A stretch of DNA of 64,000 nucleotides from Corallochytrium limacisporum Hawaii (lineage: Eukaryota > Protista > Pluriformea), in the NCBI GenBank assembly GCA_002811645.1, contig PDIP01000026.1, forward strand, positions 124,001 through 188,000. The letters are read 5' to 3'. Shown here in pieces: positions 29,532 through 39,799 of the stretch (positions are counted from its first letter, which is position 1; every line of letters begins with the position of its first letter). Made by a program: the position numbers and the translations under genes. The notes under the pieces are model-generated. The model did no database searches. It saw nothing but the letters and a program-made list of their open reading frames with translations, and had not been told where the DNA came from.

Positions 29532-30531
29532 CTCAGTACGACTGCTGCGAGTACCGCTTAAGGGGAGACAGAGATTGCAATTAAAAGGCAGACAAGTGCA
29601 CCGGCTTAATAATATACATTCAGCTTTAGGATGCCGCGTGATGCTTAGCGTGCCCTCATCTAAAGATCCGCTGCTTACGGCGGAGACGCAAAAATTCCTC
29701 TGCTCCCGCCTCTCATCCCTCCACTGTGCCTTTCCAAAAGGCATCCGGAGTGGTCAACCCCCATCGTATGCCTTGGCCAAAGAAATTGGGAGTCCTTTAA
29801 TCCTTCCTTTCTTTTGGTTCTTGGTTCGGTGTACCGTCGTATGACTGTAATTGCAAAATATCCCTCGCCCGCGGCGAGTGGGGAGGGGCGGGGGTGGGGT
29901 GCTGGTGGTTTTTCAACAGCCGTTGTCATATCCGAGGGAGGAAGACCCGTAGAAGGCAAGTTTTTGTCAATATGGCCTTCACCCCCGTGTTCTGGCACAC
30001 GCGTACAGCAGAGTGGAGTTGGGGGCCAAGACTTCCCTCCGTCTGGCTGCTTTACTTGTACGTGGCGTGTGTTGGGTATGTTTTGTGTCATTTCCACTAT
30101 TGCGCAAGCCGCGTTCGCACAGTCCACATAATTCTTGTGCCTGGGTAAACGTCGGCAGTGTGCCCTCCCCCGTGTCCCACCGCGGCCGAGCTTCGTTGGC
30201 CCGGGCCCTGTTTCCAAGATTTTGCGTCGTACACCGATTACTATGAATGGGTGCCACTCAGAGTTGAGTGGGAGGAAGGAAGAGAAATCGACGGGAAAAG
30301 GGGGAGGGGAAGTGTGCGGTGAGCCTGCGTTGCGCATCCCCTCGGGACATCCCGATTCGTGAGCGCGGGTAGGCGGTATGATCATTTTGCATTTCACTTG
30401 GAAGAAAATTGCGTTGTTTCTGCGGTATTTAAAGGATTAGAAAGTATTCTAATTGTACCATGTGTCTTAAATCACATAACTAGACAAGACAACTCAAATG
30501 CAAATGTAAGAGAGAAGTTTCTTCAATCAAA

Positions 30532-31698
30532 ATGACTACGGCTCCGATTGATTGCGACACACTGAAACAAATTGTGGCGGCAGATGTTTCCGGATCTATG
30601 GTAGCCACGGCTGTGGGCTACATTGGTGATGAAATGGGTTTGTTTATGGGCCTTGCCAAGCTAGAAGATACGAAAAAGAGATATGTAACTCCTGTTGAAC
30701 TTGCAGAAGCCCTAAACCTGCGTGAAAGATACGTGCGTGAGTGGTGTCGAGCGGCTGCTGGGGCGGGCTACATTAGTAAGAGGCCGCGAGAGGACGATTC
30801 AACGGATGAAGTTGGTGCCTTTGGAGTAGGTGAAGGCCAGCGGGAGGTGCTGTGCACTCCCGGTGGACCCCACGATCTCACTGGATACTTTGGCTTCCAG
30901 CTCTGCCTTACTAATCCGAAGGTCGCCGAGGGGATCAAGAAGTGCTTCGATCTGTCTTCAGATATGGTGGGCCTCCCTTTCTCATCGTTTGGGGCAGGTC
31001 TAACCGGGTACATGACCCGCATGCACATACCTGCCTTTGAATATATGTTGGTACCGAAGTGGATAGCCCCCTGCATGCCAGACCTGCACAGAATGCTGCT
31101 TGCTCCCACCAATGGACATAAATCTCGCATCCTCGACGTCGGTTGCGGATGTGGTCACTCCACGCGCAGCCTTAGCCACTGCTATCCCGACGCAGAGGTT
31201 GTTGGCCTTGATCCTGACGAAGAGAGTTGCGAGCAGGCCCGCAATGACTCTAAGAACAGTCCAAACGTGTCTTTCGTGCAAGCAACAGTTCAGGACTGGC
31301 CGAAACAGGAGCCCAAATTGGACCAGGGCTATGACCTCATCTTGGCCCACGACTGTGTGCATGACATGGCAGACCCTGTCGGCGGTCTAAGGGCCATGGG
31401 TGAATTGTTGGCAGGGGGCAACCCACATGCACGGATTCTGTGGAGCGAGCCCGGTGGTAGCCAGGACCCTTCACAGATGACTTCAGCTAAATCACGCGGA
31501 CGCGTGGCGATTAGTGTATTGCATTGCATGACTGTGTCGCTTGCACAGCCTGGGGGTACAGAAACTGGTGGTGTGGGTACCATCATTGGAAAGGCCGGTT
31601 GCCAGGAAATGGCCAGGAAGGCAGGGCTGACCTTTGAGGAGCTGCCTGCCTCTGACTTCAATCAATTCGTTTTCGCGCTCGGCCGGCCTAGCCATTAA
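30532..31698 (+). CDS. Class I SAM-dependent methyltransferase with N-terminal winged helix (Rv2258c-like)
   Basis: 388 aa. IGDEMGLF...TPVELAEALNLRERYVREW (wHTH), ILDVGCGCG (SAM motif I), HDCVHDMADP and SVLHCMTVSLAQ. Confidence 0.88.
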   Translation: MTTAPIDCDTLKQIVAADVSGSMVATAVGYIGDEMGLFMGLAKLEDTKKRYVTPVELAEALNLRERYVREWCRAAAGAGYISKRPREDDSTDEVGAFGVGEGQREVLCTPGGPHDLTGYFGFQLCLTNPKVAEGIKKCFDLSSDMVGLPFSSFGAGLTGYMTRMHIPAFEYMLVPKWIAPCMPDLHRMLLAPTNGHKSRILDVGCGCGHSTRSLSHCYPDAEVVGLDPDEESCEQARNDSKNSPNVSFVQATVQDWPKQEPKLDQGYDLILAHDCVHDMADPVGGLRAMGELLAGGNPHARILWSEPGGSQDPSQMTSAKSRGRVAISVLHCMTVSLAQPGGTETGGVGTIIGKAGCQEMARKAGLTFEELPASDFNQFVFALGRPSH

Positions 31699-31790
31699 GA
31701 CACCTGTCTCAGGCAATAGATACTAAATCAACAAAATACAATGATGACAGGAATGACTTTAACTGTTTCAGCGAACTGTGAAGGCGGCGT

Positions 31791-33533
31791 TCAACTGATA
31801 CGGAATCTCCGCCGGAGGGCACTGGTTAGGTAGCCAATGACTCCACTAGCACCATCTTCGCTCTCACGGCTGCTGCTTGTAGATGACTTTGATATAGAGC
31901 CGTCCTTGTACTCTTTCCATGAGCCTACTGCAAGATGCTCATAGCTCTTCAAACTCTCGATAGCGTCATCCATTCGTGCCTCGTTGCGAATCTGAATAAG
32001 CACATTGTTCTCATCTAGGAACTTAAAGTTAAATCCACCAACATTGGTCAGGAGCCGGCGGATCAGCTTGTTATCAAACGCATCTTTGCCCTCGTTCGGC
32101 GCAGAACTTAGACGACTGACCACAATAAACTGTGCGTTTTCGTAAGGAGGGCTCTGAGCTTGCGTCAAATGTAACTCCGGATACACACTAAAAGGGACCG
32201 CGATCCGGTTCCCCAAACCCTCCACGGCGTTTAAATAATCACTAAAGCTGGGCTTTTTGGAGTTCATGCTTTCGGGATCGGCAACCTGCTGAGATTTTTC
32301 CCAAAGTGAATGCGCTAACCACAGGAAATTGGCACCTTGCATGTACGAATCATATCCAGCTTCATGCGCTTGTGCATTCTCGATATAATGGTCTTGTCCC
32401 TCGGCAAAGGTGATCTCGGGAATTAGGTTTGCATGGTCTGACCTCTTTTTCTCGCTCAAAAAGTCGTACAGCATGTCAACGCTTGTAGACTTCGAGCTGC
32501 CACTCACGGTCAAGTTAGCCTCATCTCGCGCATACAAGGCGATGAGCTTTGCGTCATACAAGTTTGGAAAAGCCTCATTCACACCAGCTTTGAATTGTGT
32601 CAGCGTATCAGGAATGGAGCCTTCAAAATGGTACCAACTAAGTGTTAAATCGAGGACCATATTGTGTCCAATGAGGGGTTTCTTCGACGACTTCATCGCA
32701 TCCCATATCGCACCAAAACCCCATTGTTCCTCCAACATTTCAACCTCCCAATCATCTTGATCAGCCGCTCTAGTTTGCATCGTTGATTTACGCACTCGTA
32801 GTCCACCCTCCTGGCGAATGAAGCACAATTCAGGGAATCGCTTGGCTAGCTCCTGCCGAAGAATCAAAATGCGTACTTTACCACGAGCCCGGAGAAAGTA
32901 GATCTCGCCAACATTAGCATTTTCATACCAGTTCTTGATTTCCTTGATGGCAATCTCTACTGCTGTCTTGTCGTCATCCCTTTTCACGTCAAATTCTTTC
33001 TTTTTCTTGGACTTGATTCCACGATCACGCCGGAATTGCAGTGTACGACCCGATTCATTGATCTGCATTTGCTGGCTGTCAAGCACGGTCTGCAGCTGAT
33101 CTGTACTTAAATAGGAAAGCCCATCCTTAAAGGTCTTGTTCCAATCAAATCCATTTTGATTTAAGAATTCAATGGCCGATGCCTGCATTGTAAACCTTCG
33201 GTCACCGCTTGCCTCCGACGTACTCGGAAACAAGTTGAAGTTGTAAACGTGGGCATCAAAGTTCTGTGTGTCCGGATTTTGCTTGTAGAGTGCCAAACCA
33301 AACTGTAAGACCTGAAAGTTGGATGCAAACGATTGCCAGCGCTGATATTTCTCTTCCAGAGAGTCAAGGATTCCCGACCCGGTCGGAGTGATAAAACTAT
33401 TGGAGGTGTCACCGGCTGGCGTCGCCAGACTCATCCCAGAGAACTCCAAGTCAAATGCCATGAACGTGCATCCAAGGATATTCTTTTTGATCTCAGGAAG
33501 CTCCTGACGAAAGTTTGCCCTGGTGATATCCAT
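31791..33533 (-). CDS. PARN: CAF1-family DEDD 3'-5' exoribonuclease, PARN/PNLDC1-like
   Basis: ATG at 33533 gives MDITRANF, the typical PARN start. Catalytic motifs FDLEFSG, GHNMVLDL and HEAGYDSYM. Also YNFNLFP and FLNQNGFDWNK. Confidence 0.88.
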   Translation of the reverse strand: MDITRANFRQELPEIKKNILGCTFMAFDLEFSGMSLATPAGDTSNSFITPTGSGILDSLEEKYQRWQSFASNFQVLQFGLALYKQNPDTQNFDAHVYNFNLFPSTSEASGDRRFTMQASAIEFLNQNGFDWNKTFKDGLSYLSTDQLQTVLDSQQMQINESGRTLQFRRDRGIKSKKKKEFDVKRDDDKTAVEIAIKEIKNWYENANVGEIYFLRARGKVRILILRQELAKRFPELCFIRQEGGLRVRKSTMQTRAADQDDWEVEMLEEQWGFGAIWDAMKSSKKPLIGHNMVLDLTLSWYHFEGSIPDTLTQFKAGVNEAFPNLYDAKLIALYARDEANLTVSGSSKSTSVDMLYDFLSEKKRSDHANLIPEITFAEGQDHYIENAQAHEAGYDSYMQGANFLWLAHSLWEKSQQVADPESMNSKKPSFSDYLNAVEGLGNRIAVPFSVYPELHLTQAQSPPYENAQFIVVSRLSSAPNEGKDAFDNKLIRRLLTNVGGFNFKFLDENNVLIQIRNEARMDDAIESLKSYEHLAVGSWKEYKDGSISKSSTSSSRESEDGASGVIGYLTSALRRRFRIS

Positions 33534-34390
33534 CCTTCGCACGGGGAACGCGCGGAGCGCGTGCCGCAGGAGTGTCCGGCTTACGGACACAATCGTTACG
33601 TCTCTGATATGTGACCCTGAACAACCACTCACATAGTCGTCAGAGGTACCAACAACGGTGTGGAACCATAGAATAGCGCCTGGGAGTTGTGAATAACCAC
33701 TGAGCCAATGGATCGGAAACAAACCCTGAGCGTACCTTTGAAGTACCCGCGTGGGGTAGCTTTTGCAGAACCTCCGGCGGACAAATGGGTACGGTTGGGC
33801 AGCCACCGGAGCTAAGGGGCTCCGATTTCCTCAGATGTCCCGCCTTCCGGAATAAAATAGGCCCCGGTGTGCACTTCCTCTCCTTTCCGCCGAGAGTCAA
33901 AGGAGCCCCTGATGTAAAAGTCAAAACACCGGGGACCCAGAACAAAAATGGCCACGGATACAACCATTGTATTGGGTATCGCCCGCTTGACGTGGCGGGG
34001 CCGAAAAGAAGAACCTGCACCTCCGTCGGGTGGGCCGGTAGTCATTGTACCGGCAATGGTGCGGGCGCGGGCGCCACAAAGGGAAAACAGTGGGGGGCGC
34101 CCTTGGCCCCGAAAAGCCAGAGCGCCACGGCAAGGTCAACTACTGCGTACGGAACACAAAAGGGGGATTAGAACACCTGGAACAAAGCACAGGCCTGTAA
34201 TCGCTCTCAAACCATTTATAATCCCTGATGCTTGTGTTCCGTCCCTAGGAAATGCTGTCTAATGGTAAATAGAGACTCAGGTACTTGGGTGTAGGCCACA
34301 GTTGTGGATGTTGAGAGAGCTCTCGCGTGTGACGTGCATCGAAACATCAGGCGGTCTTCGAGAAGGCATTGACTAGTTTGGAAATACACA

Positions 34391-34990
34391 ATGGAATTTC
34401 TGGTGGGAGTTACGGGTAAGGGGTTCACCCTTCTGGCCGCAGACAAGATGTCTGCCCGCTCTATTGTAATGATGAAGGATGACGAAGAAAAGATCAAAGA
34501 CGTCTCTGGTCACTTGGCTATGGCCGTAGTGGGTGAACCTGGTGACAACGTTATTTTCCCGGAGTATATTGCAAAGAACGTTAGGTTGTATGAACTGCGG
34601 AATGGAATCACTCTATCGACACATGCTGCTGCTAATTTTATTCGCAGTGAACTGTCACGGTACCTACGCTCTCGCACTCCGTATCAGGTAAACTTGTTGC
34701 TCGGCGGTGTTGATGGTGATGAATCCGCCCTGTACTTCATGGATTACCTAGGCGCCATGCAAAAGGTTCCATTCGGAGCCCACGGATATGGAGCTTTCTT
34801 CACCATGTCTACAATGGACCGGTACTACAAGCCTGATATGTCTAAAGAGGAAGCATTTGATCTGATGAAAAAGGTACTCGCGGAACTAAACAAGCGGTTC
34901 TTGATCAACATGACCAAGTTTAGCTTTGCCCTGATTACCAGCGAGGGTATTGTGCGTATGGATAGCCTAGATGAGGCCATGGCTGCATAA
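34391..34990 (+). CDS. PSMB2: 20S proteasome subunit beta type-2 (beta4/Pre1)
   Basis: 199 aa. GEPGDNVIFPEYIAKNVRLYELRNG, LRSRTPYQVNLLLGG and AHGYGAFF. Confidence 0.96.
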   Translation: MEFLVGVTGKGFTLLAADKMSARSIVMMKDDEEKIKDVSGHLAMAVVGEPGDNVIFPEYIAKNVRLYELRNGITLSTHAAANFIRSELSRYLRSRTPYQVNLLLGGVDGDESALYFMDYLGAMQKVPFGAHGYGAFFTMSTMDRYYKPDMSKEEAFDLMKKVLAELNKRFLINMTKFSFALITSEGIVRMDSLDEAMAA

Positions 34991-35070
34991 GGTGCTTTCT
35001 GTATAAGTCTTAAGCAAATTGTGATCGGGCCCTACACATGAACATACAATGAAGTCTATAATATAGCTTT

Positions 35071-36174
35071 CTATCCTGAACTTGAAGCGTTCGGTTTCTG
35101 TACCGCAGCGACTAACTGTCGTGGGATATGTTTCTTTGCTCTGTGGTGGCGACCTCGGAAAGGGTCTGTAGGCAGCACAGGGCTAAGAGTGCAATTCCGA
35201 GATGACATTCCCGGCCTACCGAGGTTGCCGCGGCGTGTTAGACCCTCAACGGTGCCGTAGTCGCCATCGAAGTTGATCCAGTTTGGTTGTCCCATTTCTT
35301 TATCGATGACCTCAACATTCTTCCAACATTGCCATCGTCGACCCTTCCCATTGTGTAGGTCATTAGCAAACCCCAGGATGCGGAAAGTCCATCCAGTTTC
35401 TGAATACGACGCATGTGATTCCGTTGCGGGATATACAATGGGGTGACATCCCGGAATTCCATCGATATTCTGCGTAAGTTGTAGTCCACTGCGGTTGGTC
35501 ACAAAACGGCCCTCTCCAGCATGGCGATAGTAGAAGACCGAAATCAGACTGTTCATATCTTCATCGGTTGCTGGCTCTTTTGCAAACACGACCACTTGCT
35601 CCAGATCACCCTCGTGCACGCCGACTTCAAATGGGCACCCCAGGCCACAGAAACTAAAAATGTTCCCGTTGTACGCATAAATGAAGTAGTAGGTGATCTC
35701 ATACACATCCTCGCAGACAATATCACAGCCGTCCTCATCAAAAATGTTGCACGGTGCCCGTGAAACAGAAGCATAACACGGTACGCGTCCCCGGGAGAGA
35801 TCCTCCTCACCCTGTCCTTCCCACATTGTAGAGTCCGGGCGCAGACGGTGCTCATGCCACAGTGCGGTTTGGCCATCAACCTCATTGAGGCTACACTCCG
35901 AGGCACTGGCTTCCACCGGGTCGACAAGTTCACCAACACCGGCTATTTGAACATCAATACGGCGACCTCCTTTGCGAATTGCAGAACTGCTGCCATCCGA
36001 CTGCTGCCTCCTGTACTCCTTCTTATGCCTATCCCAGCCCGTCTTGCACCACACTGCAGAGTTATCAGCAAGCCATTCTAAGCTGCATGGAAAATACTTT
36101 TCACGACTGTCGAAGCGAAGCTCGGGAGCATAGAATTCGGCTAACCGCTGCGCAAGCTCCGGCCTGATTGCCAT
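35071..36174 (-). CDS. Vps62/DUF946-like protein
   Basis: 367 aa. YAPELRFDSREKYFP, YYFIYAYNG, GVHEGDLEQV, HPIVYPATESHASY and WINFDGDYG. Confidence 0.78.
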   Translation of the reverse strand: MAIRPELAQRLAEFYAPELRFDSREKYFPCSLEWLADNSAVWCKTGWDRHKKEYRRQQSDGSSSAIRKGGRRIDVQIAGVGELVDPVEASASECSLNEVDGQTALWHEHRLRPDSTMWEGQGEEDLSRGRVPCYASVSRAPCNIFDEDGCDIVCEDVYEITYYFIYAYNGNIFSFCGLGCPFEVGVHEGDLEQVVVFAKEPATDEDMNSLISVFYYRHAGEGRFVTNRSGLQLTQNIDGIPGCHPIVYPATESHASYSETGWTFRILGFANDLHNGKGRRWQCWKNVEVIDKEMGQPNWINFDGDYGTVEGLTRRGNLGRPGMSSRNCTLSPVLPTDPFRGRHHRAKKHIPRQLVAAVQKPNASSSG

Positions 36175-36634
36175 GCTCCTCTTCTACCGACACTTCAGAG
36201 GACACTTCGAGACATTCCGCGAAATAGGACCTTTTGGTCGTCGTAGACACTATTTGTACAGATCTCACGGAATTTTGCACATCTTCTTTAAGCACCTCAA
36301 TTGATTGGTGAAACGGCAGCATGTTGCCACGATTTCTGGGGACGAAAGACTTTAGTGTGAGGTGCTCCGCAGTTGGGAAACCCACTCCCCAATGCCGTTC
36401 AAGATCTGAGTTTTCCGCGCCGGCGGAATCACCCGCTGGGGAGAGGGCCAGCGAGGGTGCCAGCCAGCGGATCAGTCAACAAATATATACAGCTATTTGC
36501 AATGTGGAGTGAGGACGGTCTTCGACAGGTCGCTAGATCAATGCGACTGAATTGTCTTGCTTCTACGGTGAAGGATACCAGTGGTCTTGGATCACCACGC
36601 TGTGTCGACGTACATACTACGACGACGTACAGCG

Positions 36635-37822
36635 ATGGCACCCATGTCACGGGGAGCAGGGCCGTTTGCGGGCACAGGCACTCTGCTGCCACCGTTCCGC
36701 TATGCAATTGTAGAAGAAGGCTTGCATCGGGGAGCGTGTCCAAGTACCAGGAACTTTAATTTTTTAAAGTGCCTCAAGCTTAAGACTATGATTAGCTTGG
36801 TTCCACAAAAGATGACTTTGCATTTGCAGCCTTTCTGTGTTGACGAGGGAATCGAGTTACTGCATTTGGAGACTGCACAATTCAAGGAGGAAGTTCCTCT
36901 CAAGGTTGACAATATTGCGGTTGTGCTTTCAAAAGTCATTGATGTTAAAAATCATCCAATCTACATGCACTGCGTGGACGGTACTCATGTTGTAGGTCTG
37001 CTGGGCGTAATGATCCGGCTTCTGCAACGCTGGACTCTTTCAGCTGCCATCAATGAATACACCCGCTTCTTGCGTGAGGCCGTTGTATCGACTGAGGAGG
37101 AGAAGTTTCTTAAATCCGGGTGGAAGAAGGAGATTATTGTACCATTGGATGTACCATTTTGGCTACGCAAGCATTTCTTTGCGGAAAAGGATGGAGGCAT
37201 GGTTCTTGTACGACATCCTCACTTCAAACTTAAAGCCTCTGATGAGGTGGCTGATGCTACGATGGTTCAGCAGATCACTCAGCAGGTACAATCGAGCGTT
37301 CAAGGCACACCCAAGAAAGGTGTCAGTCCCAATATGTACAACTCGACACAAACTCCGGTGAAAGACACAGAGCAGGTTGGTGCGTCTGGTGCAAATGACG
37401 TGCGCAAGGTGTCGTACATCGCCTCAGGCAGGGCCTCGCCGGATCGCTTTCCGTCTCCCGGTCCCCGTGGTGCTGAGGAGTCCGAACTTGACGCCAAACC
37501 CTTCTATCCAGGTATGATTGAGAGCATCCAGCGCTGGAAACAAGGCGGTGGTGTGCAGAGCCCGGAAGGTGGGTTGGCCCGGCGAAAGCAGGCCTTACGA
37601 AACCTGCGAGCTGCAGGCAAGCTCGAGAAGGCTGATCTCAGCCTCGAGGTCCGAGCGTTGAGCCTAACGGGCCTAGGGCGCAAGAATACAAAGGGCATCC
37701 CAGCGCTGCCATACGAGCGATTGAAAGACCCGCAGATCGTGCCAAACAAGGCGGCTTCCCCAGAGCTCCACACCCCGTCGAGCTCGGGGGTGGGTGGGGA
37801 GGCACCGTCCGGCGCGAAATAA
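36635..37822 (+). CDS. OCA6: Siw14/Oca-family atypical dual-specificity phosphatase, Oca6-like (probable pseudophosphatase)
   Basis: PPFRYAIVEEGLHRGACPSTRNFNFLKCLKLKTMISL. The P-loop HCVDGTHV lacks the CX5R arginine. First ATG is at 36635. Confidence 0.8.
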   Translation: MAPMSRGAGPFAGTGTLLPPFRYAIVEEGLHRGACPSTRNFNFLKCLKLKTMISLVPQKMTLHLQPFCVDEGIELLHLETAQFKEEVPLKVDNIAVVLSKVIDVKNHPIYMHCVDGTHVVGLLGVMIRLLQRWTLSAAINEYTRFLREAVVSTEEEKFLKSGWKKEIIVPLDVPFWLRKHFFAEKDGGMVLVRHPHFKLKASDEVADATMVQQITQQVQSSVQGTPKKGVSPNMYNSTQTPVKDTEQVGASGANDVRKVSYIASGRASPDRFPSPGPRGAEESELDAKPFYPGMIESIQRWKQGGGVQSPEGGLARRKQALRNLRAAGKLEKADLSLEVRALSLTGLGRKNTKGIPALPYERLKDPQIVPNKAASPELHTPSSSGVGGEAPSGAK

Positions 37823-37981
37823 AAACTGCCACCGCTCTGCGAGAGAAATACGGACACTGGATTACTTTGGTTCTTCCGGATCTACTGGTATGTCAAAGTA
37901 TGCTTGCGCATGTACGTGAAATGTAAAGAAAAGGAGTCCGAATTATGACTAAAGAATACAGAAACAGTTATACGATTATTA

Positions 37982-38569
37982 ATGACAACCATGGACCCGG
38001 TGTATAAGAATATGGAAGCGGTCGAAGAGCCATCCACAGGAGAGCGAATCGTCTTATGGCACGAGGACGCGGATGGCACTCCACATCTTGAGGAATTCGA
38101 AACATTTCAAGAGTGGGTAAACAGCATCAACTGGCTTGGTGAACCCGTATTAATTGGAGTTATCACGTTTCATCTTGTGATTATGGTGATGGTGCTGCTC
38201 ATGCCTAAAGCCAAGAATCTTTCTAGAGAAGCCACCTTTTTCGTGAGTCTTATCGTTCTCGCGTTTGTATCGGAACGGGCGAACGAGGAGTGCATCAAGT
38301 ATTGGCCCATGCTATTCAAGAAGAACCACTGCGATAAGGCCGGGATCTTTATGTCGCTGGTGTGGACCTTCCCACTGTGCGTGAACGCCCTACTGATGAT
38401 CTTGGGCTGGATGGTTGCCTCCTTCAATGATGCCGCGAACCTTAAGGCAAAGCAGCTCCGGGCGCAGCATGCGCAGCGGCTGAAAGAGATCAGAGAAGGT
38501 AGCAAGGCACCGACAAAGCCAGCACCAAAGGCGAAATCTGCCAAGGCTAAGTCGAAGAAGCGCGACTGA
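37982..38569 (+). CDS. TMEM18: Transmembrane protein 18
   Basis: 195 aa. INWLGEPVLIGVITFH, SERANE...WPMLFKKNHCDKAGIFMSLVWTFPL, three TM segments and a basic C-terminal tail. Confidence 0.8.
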   Translation: MTTMDPVYKNMEAVEEPSTGERIVLWHEDADGTPHLEEFETFQEWVNSINWLGEPVLIGVITFHLVIMVMVLLMPKAKNLSREATFFVSLIVLAFVSERANEECIKYWPMLFKKNHCDKAGIFMSLVWTFPLCVNALLMILGWMVASFNDAANLKAKQLRAQHAQRLKEIREGSKAPTKPAPKAKSAKAKSKKRD

Positions 38570-39082
38570 CCCGGATACTCAAGGGCCGAGATCATCTAAG
38601 GGACTCTGATCTGAACACCAACCTAATCACAAACTAATATAGAAGTACAAAACACCATTCCCCTTCCTTGATTTCTTTTCTCTTTTATTCCTTTTCCTTT
38701 TCTTTGGGGTGGGGTGAAGTAGCGTGTCGAAAAAGGCTACGGAAGTCAAAGATCTGACACTCGGTGGATTAGGCCGCCCCAGAGAGCTGATGAACGGTTT
38801 TGTGCTGTGCAAGAATACTGTACTCCTGCAGGACATGTCCTTGATCTGTCCGTCATTTTGAGACATCGGTCATCGAGATCACAGTCGGTACTTTTCGATG
38901 CGGTCGTGCACAAGGTGATAGATTACAAAGCCAGAGGCACGACGTATGTTCTTGGCTATTTACAAGACCTGATCGCCAGCGACGTCAAAATTGAAGCTCC
39001 CGGCACTAAACCTTTTCTGCATTTCATCGAGCCCATAGTTTAAGCTTCGCCTTAAGAGGCTCATTTCCAAACACTACTTGGT

Positions 39083-39799
39083 TCACTCGCCGAGCAGAGA
39101 TGTGTTGCCTGACTCGACCTTTTCCAAGAGGGCCTGGTCGGCCAGCAGGATGAAACCAAAGCCACACTTGGCAATGATGTCAAGGACCATGTAGGCAACG
39201 ACCTCAACATCGACGGATACGACATTGGCACCTTCTGCAGCGGCCCAAACTATGGGATACGCGATCCACAGGACAACGGTCATGTTAGCCAAGGTGGCGA
39301 ACTTGCTCTTAACATCCTCACCAAAGCGCTCGGCATTCTTTGCGATACCGGTGTAGAGGGACATAATGATGAAGCCGAAGAAAATGCAGCCGTACACAAA
39401 GAATATCCACTTCAGGCCGTTGTCGTACAGGCCACCAAGGACACCAGCCACAACCATCATAATGTCAGCACCGATCAGGAAGATTAGCTCGTTTTGATGG
39501 GCGCCTGCCAGCAGACCGAGGTCCAGCAGCAACAATGGTGTTGTCACGAGCCAGTCTAGGTAACGGGCAAACAGGAAGTGGCGGTCACCAACATGAGTTC
39601 CACCGAAGCCGAAGGCCATGGTCATATACGCTACGGAAGCGAAGCCGGTGATGAGGAAAGTCAGGTTGTGGAAGCGGCGGTACTCAACATCAACACGTAG
39701 ACCACCGAAGTAGAAGGCGAAGGTGGACACTAGCATGCAGGCAAAGCCAATGTACAGGAACATGAATCCTGTGGAAGAGATCTCTCCGTGCTCAGACAT
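39083..39799 (-). CDS. Type-1 (microbial) rhodopsin, bacteriorhodopsin-like DTD proton pump
   Basis: 238 aa, seven TM segments. Helix C RYLDWLVTTPLLLLDL (BR R82, D85, T89, D96). Helix F LWIAYPIVW. Helix G LDIIAKCGFG (D212, retinal-binding K216). Confidence 0.95.
   Translation of the reverse strand: MSEHGEISSTGFMFLYIGFACMLVSTFAFYFGGLRVDVEYRRFHNLTFLITGFASVAYMTMAFGFGGTHVGDRHFLFARYLDWLVTTPLLLLDLGLLAGAHQNELIFLIGADIMMVVAGVLGGLYDNGLKWIFFVYGCIFFGFIIMSLYTGIAKNAERFGEDVKSKFATLANMTVVLWIAYPIVWAAAEGANVVSVDVEVVAYMVLDIIAKCGFGFILLADQALLEKVESGNTSLLGE

Noticed and set aside
29675-30397. 240-aa Pro/Gly-rich ORF, and similar ORFs at 22.4-23.0, 45.1-46.3, 51.4-53.6 and 58.0-58.5 kb
   Set aside because: They arise from GC- and homopolymer-rich intergenic DNA that is open in several frames, with no protein-like motifs.
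31741-31798. ATGATGA...CTGA resembling a box C/D snoRNA
   Set aside because: It has no terminal stem and no convincing rRNA guide, and the D box overlaps the last PARN codons.
33534-33806. 91-aa N-terminal extension of PARN in the ORF track, and similar extensions on SF3B2, Oca6, PTGR, PhoD and CEPT
   Set aside because: Most begin at non-ATG codons, and family similarity or a plausible start lies at a downstream ATG.
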